Part shown: piece after piece, positions 61,274-64,000 of the stretch
Layout: every line of letters starts with the position of its first letter
Position numbering within the stretch: the first letter of the stretch is position 1
Assembly: GCA_963829525.1 (NCBI GenBank)
Contig: CAWHIJ010000003.1
Span: 544,001 to 608,000 of the forward strand
Length of the DNA stretch: 64,000 nt
Direction of reading: 5' to 3'
From: an uncultured Actinomycetota bacterium
GTDB lineage: Bacteria; Actinomycetota; Actinomycetes; JAHEKZ01
Translations under genes and position numbers: made by a program
The notes under the pieces: generated by a model
What the model was told of the DNA's origin: nothing
Databases searched by the model: none
Seen by the model: the letters and a program-made list of their open reading frames with translations, nothing else

Positions 61274-62083
61274 ATGAGCGACCGGGTAGCTATTCTCGGT
61301 GCCGGCAAGATGGGCGAGGCGCTGCTCTCCGGCATGGTCCGGGCCGGACGTCCGACGTCAGGTCTGGTGGTGACGACGCACGATGATGGTCGCGCCGACG
61401 TCCTGCGCGGGCGCTATGGCGTCGAGGTCACCACGAACACCGAGGCCGTCAAGTCAGCGAGCACGGTGGTCATCGCTGTCAAGCCGCAAGACATGGGCAC
61501 TCTGCTGGACGAAATCGCTGCATTCGTGTCGGTGGACCAACTGCTGGTGTCGGTTGCGGCAGGAATCACTACGTCGTTCATCGAACGACGCATTCCCGTC
61601 GATGTACCCGTGGTTCGGGTCATGTCGAACACTCCGGTACTCGTCGATGAGGCCATGAGTGCCATCTCTGCGGGATCGCACGCCACCGAATCACATCTTG
61701 AGCTGACCGAGGGTCTGCTCAAGCCCGTTGGTCGCACCCTGCGGGTGCCGGAGTCTCAGCAGGACGCCGTCACCGCGCTCTCCGGTAGTGGTCCTGCGTA
61801 CTTCTTCTACCTGGTTGAGGCAATGGTTGACGCCGGGATTCTCCTGGGTCTTCCACGTGCGGTTGCTCACGACCTGATCGTCCAGACTGCCATCGGCAGT
61901 GCCGTGATGTTGCGCGACTCTGGCGAGTCAGCGCAGTCACTTCGTGAGGCCGTCATGTCTCCCGCCGGCACCACGATCGCGGCGATCCGCGAAATGGAAG
62001 ATCACAAGGTACGAGCCGCGTTCCTTGCTGCCCTGGAAGCCGCGCGTGACCGCAGCCGCGAGCTGGCGTCCGGTCACGAGTAG
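61274..62083 (+). CDS. proC: Pyrroline-5-carboxylate reductase
   Basis: GAGKMG, AVKPQ, RVMSNTP, SGSGPAY and SPAGTT motifs. Confidence 0.96.
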   Translation: MSDRVAILGAGKMGEALLSGMVRAGRPTSGLVVTTHDDGRADVLRGRYGVEVTTNTEAVKSASTVVIAVKPQDMGTLLDEIAAFVSVDQLLVSVAAGITTSFIERRIPVDVPVVRVMSNTPVLVDEAMSAISAGSHATESHLELTEGLLKPVGRTLRVPESQQDAVTALSGSGPAYFFYLVEAMVDAGILLGLPRAVAHDLIVQTAIGSAVMLRDSGESAQSLREAVMSPAGTTIAAIREMEDHKVRAAFLAALEAARDRSRELASGHE

Positions 62084-62107
62084 GCGTCCCTCGTTGCGGC
62101 AAGGGGG

Positions 62108-62785
62108 TCAGGTGTGGCTGCTCAGCTCTTGGGCGAACTTGTCGACGTCGTCGATGCGGCCCGCGATCGCGATCAACGAACCGGCACCGATCACCGTCTC
62201 TCGGTCGGCATAGGTGAAGGTGCCGTCAGGGGGGCGAAAGCCGACGACGGTGATGCCGTAGCGCGCCCGCAGCCGTAGCTCACCCAGGGGTCCGTCACCC
62301 AGTGGTTCGGACACCTCGAGCTTGGCGAGCGCAAAGCCATCGTCGAACTTGATGTAGTCGAGCATCGCTCCGGAGACGAGGTGGGCGACACGCTCACCCA
62401 TGTCGGCCTCCGGGTACACGACATGATGTGCCCCGATGCGTTCGAGTATCCGGCCATGGTCGCGCGAGATGGCCTTGGCCCAGATCTCGGTGACCCCCAG
62501 ATCGGCCAACAGAACGGTGGTCAGGACGCTCGACTCGATATCGGTTCCGATCGCCACGACCGCCTGGTCGAACTCCGCAGCTCCGATCTGACGCATAGCC
62601 TCTTCGTCGGTGGTGTCGAGCTGCATGGCGTGAGTAAGCCGGTCAGCAAAATGCTGAACCCTCTCCGCGGAGGCATCCACCCCGAGAACCTCGCGTCCAC
62701 GCTCGACCATGGTCAGGGCTACGGCCGAACCGAATCGGCCGAGGCCCACGACCAGAACCGGCGATGTCAGCCTGCTGTTAACCAA
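62108..62785 (-). CDS. trkA: Trk/Ktr potassium uptake RCK subunit
   Basis: VVGLGRFG motif; RCK_N and RCK_C domains; TTG start overlapping the trkH stop. Confidence 0.9.
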   Translation of the reverse strand: MVNSRLTSPVLVVGLGRFGSAVALTMVERGREVLGVDASAERVQHFADRLTHAMQLDTTDEEAMRQIGAAEFDQAVVAIGTDIESSVLTTVLLADLGVTEIWAKAISRDHGRILERIGAHHVVYPEADMGERVAHLVSGAMLDYIKFDDGFALAKLEVSEPLGDGPLGELRLRARYGITVVGFRPPDGTFTYADRETVIGAGSLIAIAGRIDDVDKFAQELSSHT

Positions 62786-64000
62786 GGAGAACACGTCCTT
62801 CCGGGTAGCGGTAGCGAGTGTTACTTTGCCGCAACGCAAGTGCTGTCGCGAGGGTGACCGGACCGACGCGTCCAATGAACATCAAAAGGGCCAGGACTAC
62901 CTCCCCCGGGTTACCGAGGCTCGCGGTGACCCCCGTGCTGAGGCCGCACGTCGACACTGCGGAGATCACCTCGAAGAGGGCCTGTCCGGTGTTCACGTCG
63001 CTGAGAGCCATGAGCACCAGAGTGCCGCTGATGGTCAGGACCGCGAAGATGACGATGACCAGCAGGGCCTGTTGGGTCAGATCCTTGCTGAGTCGTCGGC
63101 CGTGCACTGTGGCGTCTCGGTCACCGCGCGCCTGGGCGCGAACCACAAGCAGCAGGACGGCGAGGGTGGTCACCCGGATGCCGCCCGCGGTGCTGACCGA
63201 CCCGCCACCGACGAACATCAGCATGTCGGTGAGCAGCCAAGTCTCAGGCCGCATCTCGGCGTAGTCGACGGCGTTGAAGCCGGCAGATCGTGGGTTGACG
63301 CCGAGGAACCAGGCGTTGAGCAACCGCTCGCCAATCGCCATGTCCCCGAGAGTCCCCGGGTTGGTCCACTCCGAGAGGGCGAGAGCGAGTGGCGCCAGGA
63401 GCAACAGGCCCCCTGACATCCATAACGTCACCCTGGTGTGCAGGCTCAGGGACCGGCGGCGTCGACGCCTCAGCTCGTAGAGCACCGGAACACCGATGCC
63501 GCCGAGGATCACGGCCAGGGAGATGGGCAGCAGCACGAGACCGTCGTCGGCGAAGCCCACGACGCTGTCGGAGAAGAGCGTGAATCCAGCGTTGTTGAAT
63601 GACGAGACGCCGTGGAAGATCCCGTGCCAAAGCGCTGAACCGAAGTCGTAGTCATAACCTCTCCAGAACCGCAGCGTGAGCACGAGTGAGATCACCGCCT
63701 CAACGGTGAAGGTCAGGACGGCAACGCCGCGGACGATGCTGCCGACCTCGCCGAGCGCTACGTTGCCGCTTTCGGTGGAGGTGTAGAGCCGAGCGCGTAG
63801 ACCGAGGCGCCGGAAGACCACGATCGCCACGATCGCCGTCCCGGTCGAGATACCGAGACCGCCGGCCTGGATGAGCAGCAGGATCACTGCCTCACCGAAC
63901 CCCGACCAGTGGTCTCCGGTGCTGACCACGGTCAGCCCGGTTACCGTCACGGCCGAAGCGGAGGTGAAGAAGGCGGTGACCAGGTCGGTTCCGCCTTCGC
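62778..64000 (-). CDS. trkH: Trk/Ktr potassium uptake membrane subunit (5' end outside the window)
   Basis: TVTGL, FNNAGF, RSAGF, STAGGIR and STCGLSTG selectivity-filter repeats. Confidence 0.92.
   Translation of the reverse strand, partial: EGGTDLVTAFFTSASAVTVTGLTVVSTGDHWSGFGEAVILLLIQAGGLGISTGTAIVAIVVFRRLGLRARLYTSTESGNVALGEVGSIVRGVAVLTFTVEAVISLVLTLRFWRGYDYDFGSALWHGIFHGVSSFNNAGFTLFSDSVVGFADDGLVLLPISLAVILGGIGVPVLYELRRRRRRSLSLHTRVTLWMSGGLLLLAPLALALSEWTNPGTLGDMAIGERLLNAWFLGVNPRSAGFNAVDYAEMRPETWLLTDMLMFVGGGSVSTAGGIRVTTLAVLLLVVRAQARGDRDATVHGRRLSKDLTQQALLVIVIFAVLTISGTLVLMALSDVNTGQALFEVISAVSTCGLSTGVTASLGNPGEVVLALLMFIGRVGPVTLATALALRQSNTRYRYPEGRVLLG

Overview
High-GC actinomycete chromosome. The core gene order resembles Streptomyces/Mycobacterium: ppa-dacB-tilS-hpt-ftsH-fol genes, panC-coaX-lysS-lsr2-clpC, mutY, disA-radA, ppx, proC and Trk/Ktr K+ uptake. 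The first 17 kb are accessory metabolism: a Rieske oxygenase, an FAD monooxygenase/2xDUF3237/CoA ligase/amidase operon, a GcvT-like protein and metY-metX. No rRNA, tRNA or CRISPR was seen. Main unexplained signals: (1) a ~280-nt non-coding unit downstream of ppa made of nine back-to-back hairpins whose loops are canonical GNRA/UNCG-type tetraloops only on the minus strand, with a terminator and a phased array of DnaA-box-like sites upstream; (2) a leaderless Cys+Met-rich leader peptide with alternative RNA pairings in front of metY-metX; (3) an orphan NuoD-like subunit near an NDUFAF7/MidA-type methyltransferase; (4) a CheB(pseudo-receiver)-CheR(TPR)-CheW trio with no receptor or kinase; (5) a shared BetI/TetR-like operator linking the Rieske and GcvT-like genes. 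Leaderless promoters are common, and PafBC-, sigmaR/SigH-, ClgR- and BldM-like sites are readable. Two or more frameshifts may be assembly indels. All calls come from reading motifs by eye; no database search was run.
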